DNA from: an uncultured Ruminococcus sp.
GTDB lineage: Bacteria > Bacillota > Clostridia > Oscillospirales > Ruminococcaceae
Assembly: GCA_937901485.1 (NCBI GenBank)
Contig: CALGTT010000173.1
Location: 1 to 34,934 of the forward strand
DNA length: 34,934 nucleotides
Direction of reading: 5' to 3'
Under the pieces are notes generated by a model. It saw only the letters and a program-made list of their open reading frames with translations. It was not told the DNA's origin and searched no databases. This document shows positions 1 through 8,390 of the stretch, in pieces (the stretch's first letter is position 1; each line of letters starts with the position of its first letter). A program made the translations under genes and the position numbers.

Positions 1-275
1 ATGATGCAGTCCGCGCCGGATGCCTTGAATGCCTCCACGCCGTCCTGTACATTCTTGATCGAAGGATTCGGCTTGATCTCGGAGAATACTGCATACGCGA
101 TCTGGTTTGCATCGAGCAGATCCGTCACCTTAGCGGTCACGCCGAACTTGATGAGATCGGGATCGGAGCAGACAAATGCTTTCCGGAAGCCCCTGCTCTG
201 TACTTCTGTGATGATGTCTGCGATCGCGCCTGCGCCGTGGTAGGATGTGCCATTCAATACAATTCTGTTTGCCAT
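1..275 (-). CDS. Iron-containing (group III) alcohol dehydrogenase, N-terminal 91 codons only; the rest lies beyond the left window edge
   Basis: Not in the ORF track because it has no stop in the window. Minus-strand translation from ATG 275-273 gives MANRIVLNGTSYHGAGAIADIITEVQSRGFRKAFVCSDPDLIKFGVTAKVTDLLDANQIAYAVFSEIKPNPSIKNVQDGVEAFKASGADCII, a typical Fe-ADH / lactaldehyde-reductase-like N-terminus. SD GAAAGGAAG lies about 9 nt upstream; promoter at 311-339. Confidence 0.8.
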   Translation of the reverse strand, partial: MANRIVLNGTSYHGAGAIADIITEVQSRGFRKAFVCSDPDLIKFGVTAKVTDLLDANQIAYAVFSEIKPNPSIKNVQDGVEAFKASGADCI

Positions 276-310
276 AGGGAACAACTTCCTTTCTGATTTA
301 AGTTGTATAC

Positions 311-339
311 ATTATAGCATAAAGTTTCCGAAAAGTCAA
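311..339 (-). promoter_or_regulatory. Sigma-A-type promoter for the Fe-ADH gene
   Basis: Minus strand: TTGACT (339-334), 17 nt, TATAAT (316-311), with an extended TG (TGcTATAAT), about 35 nt upstream of ATG 275. Motif match only. Confidence 0.6.
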
Positions 340-364
340 TTGATTTTGTGTGAATTGCAGAGAA

Positions 365-1357
365 TTATCCGAGTACCTCGCTCCAGTCCGGCGTTTCACC
401 GCTGCCGCCGATGGCTGCATAGCGCAGGATGGCACTTGCGTCCTTGGCATCAAGAGCCGTGCCGTCATTTTCGCCGCAGGAAGTGGAATATTCATTGACA
501 TCGGCAAGGAAATAGGACAGGCGCGGATTTTCCTCCATCAGCACCGGAGAACCGCCCGCACCCTTTTCAGCAGCAAAGGTGAGGATGGCGGCGGCATCGG
601 CGGCATCGGTCTTGCCGTCAAGGTTCGCATCGCCGCCCTCAGCCACAACGACGGTCAGATTTTTCAGCTCCGGCACAAAATCGACATAGGTCAGCTCCGG
701 ATCGTCACTGCTGAGAAATGTCTGTCCATAGGGTTTTTCCTCTGTAATATCGGAGAGAAAGGATACGCTGTACTCCCCTGTTTCCGTACCGGCGGCAAGC
801 TGAAGATCCACATCAAGCAGGCTGTATTCATCCGAACGTCCGCCGAGGAACTGGGTTTTCTGACTGACCGAGCCGAGCCAGAGCAGACGGAAACTATCGC
901 GGCTTTCAGAGAAATTGACCTCCATGCCGGAGCTGCCGTGCACATAATAGCCGCCGCTGTTGACCGAACCGAAGCAGTAGGGCTTGAGTGTGGTAGAGAA
1001 TACTGTGCCGTTTTCAGTCACATACTCGACCGCCTCTTTCATGTAGGGACCGGTGGGGTTCTGGTAGCTTTCCGGCAGGAATGTCAATGCCGGACTGCTG
1101 ATATGCACCTCGCCCTCGATGATCTTGATGTCGGGGCGGTCCGTTTCTATGAACATGCTCATGTGCAGTGTTGCGCCGCTTTTCGCCGCTGTCGGGGATA
1201 CATAAATCGTATTATCCTGTGCCAGATAGCCGCAGCCGTTCTGTTCGATGCCGCGCAGAGCAAACGCGATTTCATCCTTGCTCTGGTAGGCAGCACCGGC
1301 GGGCAGGGCGGTCATGGTCATCATCGCCGCAATCGCGGCAGCAATTGGTTTCTTCAT
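365..1357 (-). CDS. Secreted protein with a cohesin-like beta-sandwich region and a C-terminal type-I dockerin (adaptor/scaffoldin-like)
   Basis: 330-aa track ORF. SD AAGGAGGA 7 nt before the ATG. Signal peptide MKKPIAAAIAAMMTMTALPAGAA. Duplicated Ca-loop/helix segments GDANLDGKTDAADAAAILTFAA and NDGTALDAKDASAILRYAA form a dockerin. The central region (IKIIEGEVHISSPALTF ... TGEYSVSFL) resembles cohesin strands; this is the weaker call. Confidence 0.85.
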   Translation of the reverse strand: MKKPIAAAIAAMMTMTALPAGAAYQSKDEIAFALRGIEQNGCGYLAQDNTIYVSPTAAKSGATLHMSMFIETDRPDIKIIEGEVHISSPALTFLPESYQNPTGPYMKEAVEYVTENGTVFSTTLKPYCFGSVNSGGYYVHGSSGMEVNFSESRDSFRLLWLGSVSQKTQFLGGRSDEYSLLDVDLQLAAGTETGEYSVSFLSDITEEKPYGQTFLSSDDPELTYVDFVPELKNLTVVVAEGGDANLDGKTDAADAAAILTFAAEKGAGGSPVLMEENPRLSYFLADVNEYSTSCGENDGTALDAKDASAILRYAAIGGSGETPDWSEVLG

Positions 1358-1377
1358 GGTGGATTCCTCCTTTGGGT

Positions 1378-1406
1378 ATTCTATTACTATAACAATCGAA
1401 AGTGAA
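1378..1406 (-). promoter_or_regulatory. Candidate sigma-A promoter for the 365-1357 gene
   Basis: Minus strand: TTCACT (1406-1401), 17 nt, TAGAAT (1383-1378), about 20 nt upstream of the SD. Motif match only. Confidence 0.45.
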
Positions 1407-1429
1407 ACATATTGGTTCTGCCGCAGCTT

Positions 1430-2731
1430 TTATGAGATCACTTTATACAGCATCGGCGCAGGCACGGGCTGTTCCTGCGTGATCTGCGTGCAGGCAAGGA
1501 TGCGTGCGGCAGCCTTCCGGCAAAGCTCCTGCGTGCTTCCGTGCACTGTGAACAGGGGCTGTCCCTCCTGTACGGCATTACCGACAAAGGAGTGCAGCTC
1601 CACGCCTGCGCCGTAGTCGATGGCATCGTGTCCGGCAGTTCTGCCCGCGCCAAGCTCCAGACAGGCAAGCCCGACCTCCTCGCTCTGAATAGACGAGATA
1701 TAGCCATTTTTCTCCGTGCATACGGTGTATTGCTCCGCCGCCTGCGGCAGACGGGAAAGCTCCTCGGTGATCTGCGGATCACCGCCCTGTGCGGCGATCA
1801 TTTCCGCAAATTTCCGCAGTGCCGCGCCGGAATCAAGAGCCTCCTGTGCAAGGGCACAGCAGGTTTCCACCGTCCCCTTGCCGGAAAGGGAAAGCATGTG
1901 TGCTGCAAGCGTGAGCGAGAGTCTGGAAAGGTCATTTCTCACCTCGCCGCGCAGAATGCGGATGACCTCGGTCACTTCGAGGGCATTGCCGACATTTGCG
2001 CCGAGGGGCGCGTTCATATCGGTCAGGACGGCGCGGCACCGCTTTCCGGCACGCTTGCCGACCTCGACCATCGCAGCGGCAAGGCGTTCGGCATCCTCCG
2101 GCGTTTTCATGAATGCGCCGTGACCGAACTTGACATCGAGCAGGATGCAGTCCGCGCCGAGCGCGAGCTTCTTGCTCATGATACTCGAACAGATCAGCGG
2201 AATACTGTCCACGGTCGCAGTGAGGTTGCGCAGGGCATACATTTTCTTATCCGCCGGCACGAGGTTGCCGCTTTGCGCGATGACACAGCAGCCGACTTCC
2301 TTGGTAATGCGCAGGAACTCCTCCATCGGCAGATCGGTGCGAAAGCCCGGAATGCTTTCGAGCTTGTCGATCGTGCCGCCGGTGAAACCCAGTCCCCTGC
2401 CGGACATTTTCGGGACGAATCCGCCGCAGGCTGCCACGATGGGCGCAAGCAGGAGTGTGGTCTTGTCGCCGATGCCGCCGGTGCTGTGCTTGTCCACGGT
2501 CACGCCGCCGATGGATGCCAGCGACAGGCAGTCGCCGGAATCGCGCATGGCAAGCGTCAGGGCGGCGGTTTCCTGCGCCGTCATGCCCTGACAGCAGACC
2601 GCCATGAGCCACGCGGACATCATATAATCGGGGATCTCGCCGCGGCAGAAGCCGTTTGTGATCCATGTGATCTCGTCATTGGTCAGTGCTTCGCGCCGTC
2701 TGGTTTTCTGAATAAGGTCATACATTTGCAT
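1430..2731 (-). CDS. pdp: Pyrimidine-nucleoside (thymidine) phosphorylase
   Basis: Track ORF 1430-2986 trimmed to the internal ATG at 2731 (MQMYDLIQKTRRREALTNDEI...), which has SD GAAAGGCGG 8 nt upstream. The product is 433 aa, the usual Pdp length. Family motifs are present: HSTGGIGDKT, SGRGLGFTGGTIDKLESIPG, and the C-terminal PYNP domain. Confidence 0.95.
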   Translation of the reverse strand: MQMYDLIQKTRRREALTNDEITWITNGFCRGEIPDYMMSAWLMAVCCQGMTAQETAALTLAMRDSGDCLSLASIGGVTVDKHSTGGIGDKTTLLLAPIVAACGGFVPKMSGRGLGFTGGTIDKLESIPGFRTDLPMEEFLRITKEVGCCVIAQSGNLVPADKKMYALRNLTATVDSIPLICSSIMSKKLALGADCILLDVKFGHGAFMKTPEDAERLAAAMVEVGKRAGKRCRAVLTDMNAPLGANVGNALEVTEVIRILRGEVRNDLSRLSLTLAAHMLSLSGKGTVETCCALAQEALDSGAALRKFAEMIAAQGGDPQITEELSRLPQAAEQYTVCTEKNGYISSIQSEEVGLACLELGAGRTAGHDAIDYGAGVELHSFVGNAVQEGQPLFTVHGSTQELCRKAAARILACTQITQEQPVPAPMLYKVIS

Positions 2732-2767
2732 AGGATTACCGCCTTTCTGGTGGGATGATATATATAC

Positions 2768-2796
2768 ATGATACAATATTTCGCACACGATTGCAA
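2768..2796 (-). promoter_or_regulatory. Candidate sigma-A promoter for pdp
   Basis: Minus strand: TTGCAA (2796-2791), 17 nt, TATCAT (2773-2768), about 30 nt upstream of the pdp ATG. This supports the trimmed start. Motif match only. Confidence 0.5.
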
Positions 2797-2869
2797 GTGT
2801 TTTTCTAAAAATCCTGCGGCACTGTATAAAATTTCCATCCCCGTCCATGCTTCTGCTGAGGTGATTTTG

Positions 2870-3595
2870 ATGAAAAAATTTGAACTTGCAGTGGTGCTTG
2901 GACTGGTCGCAGCGATCTTCTGCGGAAATCTTTCCGAATTCGCAAAATGCATTGAAGGACTGGAAAGCAGCGTCCTGCGGCTGCACATTCTGGCAAACTC
3001 CGACTCCGCCGAGGATCAGGATCTCAAGCTGAAAGTCCGCGACGCGCTGCTTGCCCAGTCCGACGCACTCTTTGCAGGCTGTGACACGCCGGAGGAAGTC
3101 CGTGCGCGTGCGCTTGAGGAGCAGGAGACCATCCGCCTGCTGGCACAGGCAGTTCTGGAGGAAAACGGCTGTGACGATCAGGTGACGGTACAGCTTGTGC
3201 AGATGGAATTCGATGCGCGGCAGTACGAGGAGATCACCATGCCCGCGGGCAATTATGACGCACTGCGCATCCTCATCGGGGAGGCGCAGGGGCAGAACTG
3301 GTGGTGCGTGATGTATCCGCCGCTGTGCATTCCGGCAGGCGCGGAGCTGGAAGCGGACACGGACACAGCGGAGCTGTTCTTCGATCCCGAAACGCTTGAA
3401 ATTCTGGAGGATGCGCCGCGCTATGAAGTGAAATTCAAATGTCTGGAAGTCTGGGACGAGCTGAAAGCCTCACTTGACAAGCAGCAGAATACTGACCGCC
3501 GCGTGCAGTTCCAGCCGCGTCCGGAGATCCGGCAGCAAAGCACAGAGGCTTTGTGCGGTGCTTCTGTAGCAGAAATTTCCGCAAGATATAAATAA
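2870..3595 (+). CDS. spoIIR: Stage II sporulation protein R (SpoIIR)
   Basis: Track ORF 2768-3595 trimmed to ATG 2870 (MKKFELAVVLGLVAAIF...), with SD GAGGTG 6 nt upstream. It has an N-terminal TM/signal segment and the SpoIIR hallmarks VLRLHILANSDSAEDQDLKLKVRDA and NWWCVMYPPLC. Confidence 0.9.
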   Translation: MKKFELAVVLGLVAAIFCGNLSEFAKCIEGLESSVLRLHILANSDSAEDQDLKLKVRDALLAQSDALFAGCDTPEEVRARALEEQETIRLLAQAVLEENGCDDQVTVQLVQMEFDARQYEEITMPAGNYDALRILIGEAQGQNWWCVMYPPLCIPAGAELEADTDTAELFFDPETLEILEDAPRYEVKFKCLEVWDELKASLDKQQNTDRRVQFQPRPEIRQQSTEALCGASVAEISARYK

Positions 3596-3705
3596 AAGCT
3601 CACAAAACATTCACATTTCTTCGGTACAATAACAGTAAAAAGAAAGATACACCGGAATTGGGAATCACGGACACATATTTGTGTTCAGAGAAGAAAGGTG
3701 TTTTT

Positions 3706-5526
3706 ATGAGTTCATCCATCCAGCGATTATTCGGCGCAGCCGCGGCATTTGCCGTGCTCGCATCGGGCTGCACGGCGCAGCCCGCCGAATCCGGCACATC
3801 GTCCGCATCCGCTGAAGCGGATACCACAGCGAGCAGTACAGCTCCGGCAGAAACAAAAACCGCAGAAACAACTGAAAGCACGCAGGAAGCAACGGCTGAC
3901 ACATCGACAGCAGAGCCGGATTTTGATGCCCTGTTCTCCGCGCGTGACCTCAGCGGAAGTTACGACACGCCCTCGGCAGTCATCGTGTGCAATGGAACCG
4001 AAGTCACCATTGACGGTACGGGCGCATCCGCGGACGGCAGTGACATCACCATCACGGACGAGGGCGTGTACCGGATCACGGGCGTGCTTGATGACGGGCA
4101 GATCCTTGTCAATTCTGCCGGAAAGGTGCAGCTCGTGCTTGACGGTGTTTCCCTGTCCTGCGCGGATTCCGCGCCGATCTATGTCCAGCAGGCAAAGAAA
4201 TGCTTCCTGACGCTCGCAGACGGCTCGGAGAATACGGTTTCCGACGGCAGCACCTATGCACAGGAAGGAAACGAGCCGGACGCGGCAATCTTCAGCAAGG
4301 ACAGCCTGACCATCAACGGCGGCGGCACGCTCACAGTCACAGGCAATTATAACGAGGGCATCACCAGCAAGGATGACATTGTTATCACGGGCGGCACGCT
4401 GCACATCACGGCGGTCGGAAACGGCATCAAAGGAAAGGATTATGCCGCATTTGCAGGCGGCACGGTCAATATCAAGGCAGGCGGTGACGGCATCAAATCG
4501 GACAATACCGAGGACACCAGCCGCGGCTTTGTGTACATCCATGACGGCAGTATCACAGTCGAAGCGGCAGAGGACGGCATTCAGGCAGAAACGCAGTTCC
4601 TTGCAGACGGCGGTACTGTTCGCGTGCAGAAAGCCTATGAGGGGATCGAGGCGGCAGCCATCCGCATTTCCGGCGGCAGCATCGAGGTCACAGCAGAGGA
4701 TGACGGCATGAACGCCAGTGACGGCACTGTACAGGGCGGCATGGGTACTTATTCGGCAGGGGCATCCCTGGAGATCTCCGGCGGTTCGGTGTATGTGAAT
4801 GCGGACGGTGACGGGCTGGATTCCAACGGCGATCTGCGCATCAGCGGCGGCACGGTCATTGTGGATGGTCCATCAAACAGCGGCAACGGCGCGATCGACA
4901 GTAACGGCGAACTGCTCTGCACGGGCGGTCTGCTCATTGCGGCAGGATGCTCCGGCATGGCAGAATATCCCAGAGGTACGCAGAAAACCGCTGTCATTAC
5001 GCTTGACGCGATGCAGGATGGCGGCACGGAGATCCGCATCCTCGGTGCGGACGGCAGCGAGCTTCTCGCACACACGCCAGCAAAAGCCTTCAATTCCCTG
5101 ATCGTGAGCAGTCCTGATTTTGCGGACGGCACATCCTGCACCTGCACAGCAGGCGGTACGGAGATCGGCAGCTTCACCTTTACGGATACGGTCGCGTTCC
5201 TTGGTGATGCCGGAAACATGATGGGCGGCGGCTTCCGCGGCGGCGGACACGGTAACATGGGCGGCGGCAGAGGTCAGCGTCCGGACATGCAGATGCCGAC
5301 TGACGAAAACGGCGAACCCGTATTTTCCGAGGGTATGACACCGCCGCACGACATGCAGATGCCGACTGACGAAAACGGCGAACCTGTATTTTCCGAGGGC
5401 ATGACACCGCCGCACGACATGCAGATGCCGACTGATGAAAACGGCGAACCTGTATTTTCCGAGGGCATGACACCGCCGCAGGGCGGCTTTGACGGAAGAA
5501 TGCCCATGGACAGGCAAATCTCATAA
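3706..5526 (+). CDS. Lipoprotein with a Cthe_2159-type (DUF4353) carbohydrate-binding beta-helix domain and a repetitive Gly-rich / 22-aa-repeat tail
   Basis: Track ORF trimmed to ATG 3706 (SD GAAAGGTG 5 nt upstream). Signal sequence with a lipobox-like AVLASGC. S/T/A/E-rich linker. Repeated beta-helix rungs typical of the family: ITITDEGVYRITGVLDDGQILVNSAGKVQLVLDGVSLSCADSAPIYV, ITSKDDIVITGGTLHITAVGNGIKGKD, GGDGIKSDN, AEDGIQAE. Confidence 0.8.
   Translation: MSSSIQRLFGAAAAFAVLASGCTAQPAESGTSSASAEADTTASSTAPAETKTAETTESTQEATADTSTAEPDFDALFSARDLSGSYDTPSAVIVCNGTEVTIDGTGASADGSDITITDEGVYRITGVLDDGQILVNSAGKVQLVLDGVSLSCADSAPIYVQQAKKCFLTLADGSENTVSDGSTYAQEGNEPDAAIFSKDSLTINGGGTLTVTGNYNEGITSKDDIVITGGTLHITAVGNGIKGKDYAAFAGGTVNIKAGGDGIKSDNTEDTSRGFVYIHDGSITVEAAEDGIQAETQFLADGGTVRVQKAYEGIEAAAIRISGGSIEVTAEDDGMNASDGTVQGGMGTYSAGASLEISGGSVYVNADGDGLDSNGDLRISGGTVIVDGPSNSGNGAIDSNGELLCTGGLLIAAGCSGMAEYPRGTQKTAVITLDAMQDGGTEIRILGADGSELLAHTPAKAFNSLIVSSPDFADGTSCTCTAGGTEIGSFTFTDTVAFLGDAGNMMGGGFRGGGHGNMGGGRGQRPDMQMPTDENGEPVFSEGMTPPHDMQMPTDENGEPVFSEGMTPPHDMQMPTDENGEPVFSEGMTPPQGGFDGRMPMDRQIS
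5284..5481 (+). repeat. In-frame tandem repeat, 3 x 66 bp (22 aa: DMQMPTDENGEPVFSEGMTPPH)
   Basis: Units start at 5284, 5350 and 5416. Units 1 and 2 differ by two synonymous changes (ccc/cct, ggt/ggc). Units 2 and 3 differ by one synonymous change (gac/gat) plus the last codon (cac to cag). Confidence 0.95.
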
Positions 5527-5530
5527 AAAG

Positions 5531-5560
5531 GGGCTGCTGCACGAAAATATGCAGCAGCCC
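5531..5560. terminator. Bidirectional rho-independent terminator between convergent genes
   Basis: Perfect 11-bp stem GGGCTGCTGCA / TGCAGCAGCCC with an 8-nt loop. AAAAA precedes it and TTTGTATTTT follows. It sits between stop 5526 (+) and stop 5569 (-). Confidence 0.8.
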
Positions 5561-5568
5561 TTTGTATT

Positions 5569-8094
5569 TTATGCTTCATCCTGCGGAATCAGCTTATTCG
5601 GTCTTGAAAAGAGATAGCCCTGTGAATAATCTACATCATAGGCACAGAGGATGTTCTGGATCGCGTCATTCTCTACGAACTCTGCAATCACCTTCTTGTT
5701 GCTCATCTTGCACCACATTGCCAGCATCTGGAGAAGCTGACAGCAGTTGCGGTCATCACAGATCTTCTGGATGATGCCGCCGTCCACCTTCAGGAAATCC
5801 AGATCCAGACGGAGTACATGGATCAGGTTCGAGAAGCCGCTGCCAAAATCGTCCAGCGCGATCTTGCCGCCGTAGGCATGGATCTTCTCCGCAAACTGGG
5901 CGAGGGCATCGTAATCATTGATCTCCTCCGATTCCACGACCTCAAAGACATAATTTTCCGGATGTCTGGAATGCTTCATATTTGTGTAGATCAGCTCTGT
6001 CACCAGCGGATCAAGGATGTCCTGCATGGAAAGATTCATCGTGACAAGCTTGTCCTTCTTCTCGATATACGCCATGACCTTTGCAATCATCTGACGGGAA
6101 AGCTGACCGTACAAGCCGTATTTTCTGGCGATCGGGAAAAATTCTCCCGGATAATAGACCTTTCCGTCCGTATCACAGATGCGCATCAGTGCCTCATACA
6201 TGACGATCTTCTTGGCGGAATTGTCATGGATGCCCTGATAATGCGGCAGTACGCCGTCATTGGCGATCGCGTCATTGATCACATGCACCATATGCATATC
6301 ATGGACATTCTTGTCCGCCATGCCCATCTCCTTAGAGAAGACAAGGAAGTGCAGGTCACTTCTGCCGCGCAGGTCACTCTGTGCGATCTTGACACAGCGC
6401 AGAAGATTGGAATCGTTCATTGCCAGACAGAAATCATAAACGGGCAGGATGCGGTAGTATTCTGCGGTCGAAAGATGCGTCCAGAGCCTGCGCATCAGCT
6501 GCTCGAATTCCTCCGCGGTCACATCGTCATTTGCAGAGATCATCAGCTCGCCCTGATCGGAAAGATAGTACCAGAAATGATAGTCTTTCAGGAACTTCTG
6601 CATCATATCCAGCACCTGCCATGTCAGACGGTCATAGGCACGGTAGCCTGCATACGCGATCATCTCACTGCAATTACGCGCAGAGATCAGGCAAAGCTTG
6701 TTGATCTTATGTACCTGCGTATCATAAAACAGCTTTGCAATTCGTCCGAGACGCAGCTCGCGGTTGTCGTACAGACGGGATTTCATTTCCTGGAAGAAAC
6801 GATTGTCCTTCTGGTTTCCGTCGGCTGCGGACATCGCAAGAAAGTCGATCAGATGCTCGTTATCATGATAGAGCATATGCGTCGTGCCGAGGTTGGAGGT
6901 ATCCAGAACGAGCTTGGTATCCGAGGTTGCAAGTGCGGACACGACAAAGGTACAGTTGCCGAAGCGGTTGTGCTGTCCGTCATAGAAGAACTCACCGCCG
7001 AGGAACGCACCAGCCGCCGTAGTGTGATTCAGGGGCTTCTGCTCCCATTTGGAGCAGTTCTGGAGCATTTCTGCACGGAGCGTACAGCTGTAGGCGAAAA
7101 TCGTTTCACCCGGCTGGCTTTTCAGTTTGCGGTACATGCGGTTGACCTCGTCCACCACAAGCGTCGGACTGATAAAGCCCAGTGCGACTTCCTCGCCCTG
7201 CTCAAGCTCATCCATGATCATAACTGCGTCGATCTTTCTGCTGCCGCCGCTGAACGCCATCGGCCATGCACAGGTCGGGTGTTTTTTGCGGATGACCGGG
7301 AAAATACGGATCACACCGAGATTTGCCCTGTCAATATTGCCGCCGCCGAATTTCGCAAGCAGCTCCGTGGGCGTGCGTCCGGCAACTTCGTAAATGAAAT
7401 TGCCCTCGCAGCGATCCACAGTTCTGTAGCCGCTGATCTTCTCCATACCCAGCGCATAGCTCTCCGAGCACTGCATCTGCGGGGAAGAGAGCACTGCCGC
7501 CGCCAGATGACCGGAGCCGCAGTATTCACGGGAAATGGTAAAGTCACTTTCTGTGATCACGCCTTCTGCACTGAATTCCACCTGCTGGTCATTGGCTATG
7601 CCGCCTATGATGCGGATGTCAGGGCAGAGTGTGTCGATCGTTTCAGCAAACTTACATGCCTGATAGTATTTCTGCGGAAGAAATACCAGAAGCTGCCCTT
7701 TCCGTTCACGCAGTCCAAGCGATTCGATCACCTGCATGGCAAGAACGTCACCGGATACCGAGGTTCTTTCGCCGCTTTCATTGCATTCGGAAAAGCAGGA
7801 AATACTGACGCTGTCCACACTGCACTGTTCGGGCACAGCAAAGACTGTAACGGAAATCATGCAGACCTCCGTCAGCCGTCTTCCGTTGAAAATTACGGCA
7901 GGACTGCTGCAGCCAATGAACTGCGCATTGGGCAGAAGCAGTTTCAGCTCCTCAAGAAGTGCGCGCATTCCCTCTGCGTCATGCACAGCTGTGTGAACGC
8001 GCACAAGCATTGAGGCATCGCAGGAAATGTCGTTCTCCTCCAAAAAAATACTGAACTGCTGCATTGTCGAAAAGATATGATTACAGGTCCTCAT
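5569..8094 (-). CDS. Signalling protein: FIST-like N-terminal sensor, degenerate GGDEF-like middle region, intact C-terminal EAL c-di-GMP phosphodiesterase domain
   Basis: The track ORF starts at GTG 8193 with no SD. I prefer ATG 8094 (MRTCNHIF...), preceded by GGGGGTGG. The EAL signature residues are all present: YEALMR, TMNLS, FEVVESE, DDFGSGFSN, LKVDGG, AEFVEN, SQGYLFSRP. The N-terminal 400 aa resemble FIST_N/FIST_C (moderate confidence). The middle region has DQGEL where GGDEF would lie. Confidence 0.85.
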   Translation of the reverse strand: MRTCNHIFSTMQQFSIFLEENDISCDASMLVRVHTAVHDAEGMRALLEELKLLLPNAQFIGCSSPAVIFNGRRLTEVCMISVTVFAVPEQCSVDSVSISCFSECNESGERTSVSGDVLAMQVIESLGLRERKGQLLVFLPQKYYQACKFAETIDTLCPDIRIIGGIANDQQVEFSAEGVITESDFTISREYCGSGHLAAAVLSSPQMQCSESYALGMEKISGYRTVDRCEGNFIYEVAGRTPTELLAKFGGGNIDRANLGVIRIFPVIRKKHPTCAWPMAFSGGSRKIDAVMIMDELEQGEEVALGFISPTLVVDEVNRMYRKLKSQPGETIFAYSCTLRAEMLQNCSKWEQKPLNHTTAAGAFLGGEFFYDGQHNRFGNCTFVVSALATSDTKLVLDTSNLGTTHMLYHDNEHLIDFLAMSAADGNQKDNRFFQEMKSRLYDNRELRLGRIAKLFYDTQVHKINKLCLISARNCSEMIAYAGYRAYDRLTWQVLDMMQKFLKDYHFWYYLSDQGELMISANDDVTAEEFEQLMRRLWTHLSTAEYYRILPVYDFCLAMNDSNLLRCVKIAQSDLRGRSDLHFLVFSKEMGMADKNVHDMHMVHVINDAIANDGVLPHYQGIHDNSAKKIVMYEALMRICDTDGKVYYPGEFFPIARKYGLYGQLSRQMIAKVMAYIEKKDKLVTMNLSMQDILDPLVTELIYTNMKHSRHPENYVFEVVESEEINDYDALAQFAEKIHAYGGKIALDDFGSGFSNLIHVLRLDLDFLKVDGGIIQKICDDRNCCQLLQMLAMWCKMSNKKVIAEFVENDAIQNILCAYDVDYSQGYLFSRPNKLIPQDEA

Positions 8095-8278
8095 GTTTCC
8101 ACCCCCAGAATGGTTTTGGGTAATCGCTGAATCATCGGATTCCGCGGTGGCAGGCTCCTCATCCGTCCTACTTTTCTGTCCGTTTCCTGTCACTGAAAGA
8201 ACTTGCTGAATGGTTCAGCAATACTGTCGGATTGTCGATTTCAGGTCTACTTAAACGTTTTCGTCACGACCTGATTAT

Positions 8279-8307
8279 AGTATAGCACATTTTCTGGAAA
8301 AAAGCAA
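8279..8307 (-). promoter_or_regulatory. Candidate sigma-A promoter for the FIST-EAL gene
   Basis: Minus strand: TTGCTT (8307-8302), 17 nt, TATACT (8284-8279), with an extended TG. It implies a leader of about 180 nt to ATG 8094, containing the 8-bp hairpin 8203-8221 (TTGCTGAA tgg TTCAGCAA). Confidence 0.5.
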
Positions 8308-8390
8308 GGGGTTTTGTAAAGTTTTTCCAGAATTTATAAAAACAGTGGTTAAACAATGTTAATGGTGCACAAAGTGCATTTTCATGTGCA

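Noticed and set aside
1-243. 80-aa plus-strand ORF at the left edge
   Set aside because: It has no SD and an odd composition. The opposite strand encodes a clearly recognisable Fe-alcohol-dehydrogenase N-terminus with its own SD and promoter.
350-1405. 351-aa plus-strand ORF
   Set aside because: It is fully antisense to the signal-peptide/dockerin gene (365-1357). The product is Arg/Gly/Ala-rich with no recognisable motifs, which is typical of a shadow ORF in GC-rich DNA.
1541-2758. 405-aa plus-strand ORF
   Set aside because: It is antisense to pdp, whose product matches the pyrimidine-nucleoside phosphorylase family end to end.
2732-2986. 85-codon N-terminal extension of the pdp ORF in the track
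   Set aside because: The extension runs through the divergent promoter region and into spoIIR, and has no SD. The internal ATG 2731 has an SD and gives the canonical 433-aa length.
5818-8013. 731-aa plus-strand ORF
   Set aside because: It is antisense to the FIST-EAL gene and has no motifs, whereas the minus strand carries a complete EAL signature.
8095-8193. GTG-initiated 33-codon extension of the FIST-EAL ORF
   Set aside because: There is no SD before GTG 8193, while GGGGGTGG precedes ATG 8094. It is kept as an alternative only.
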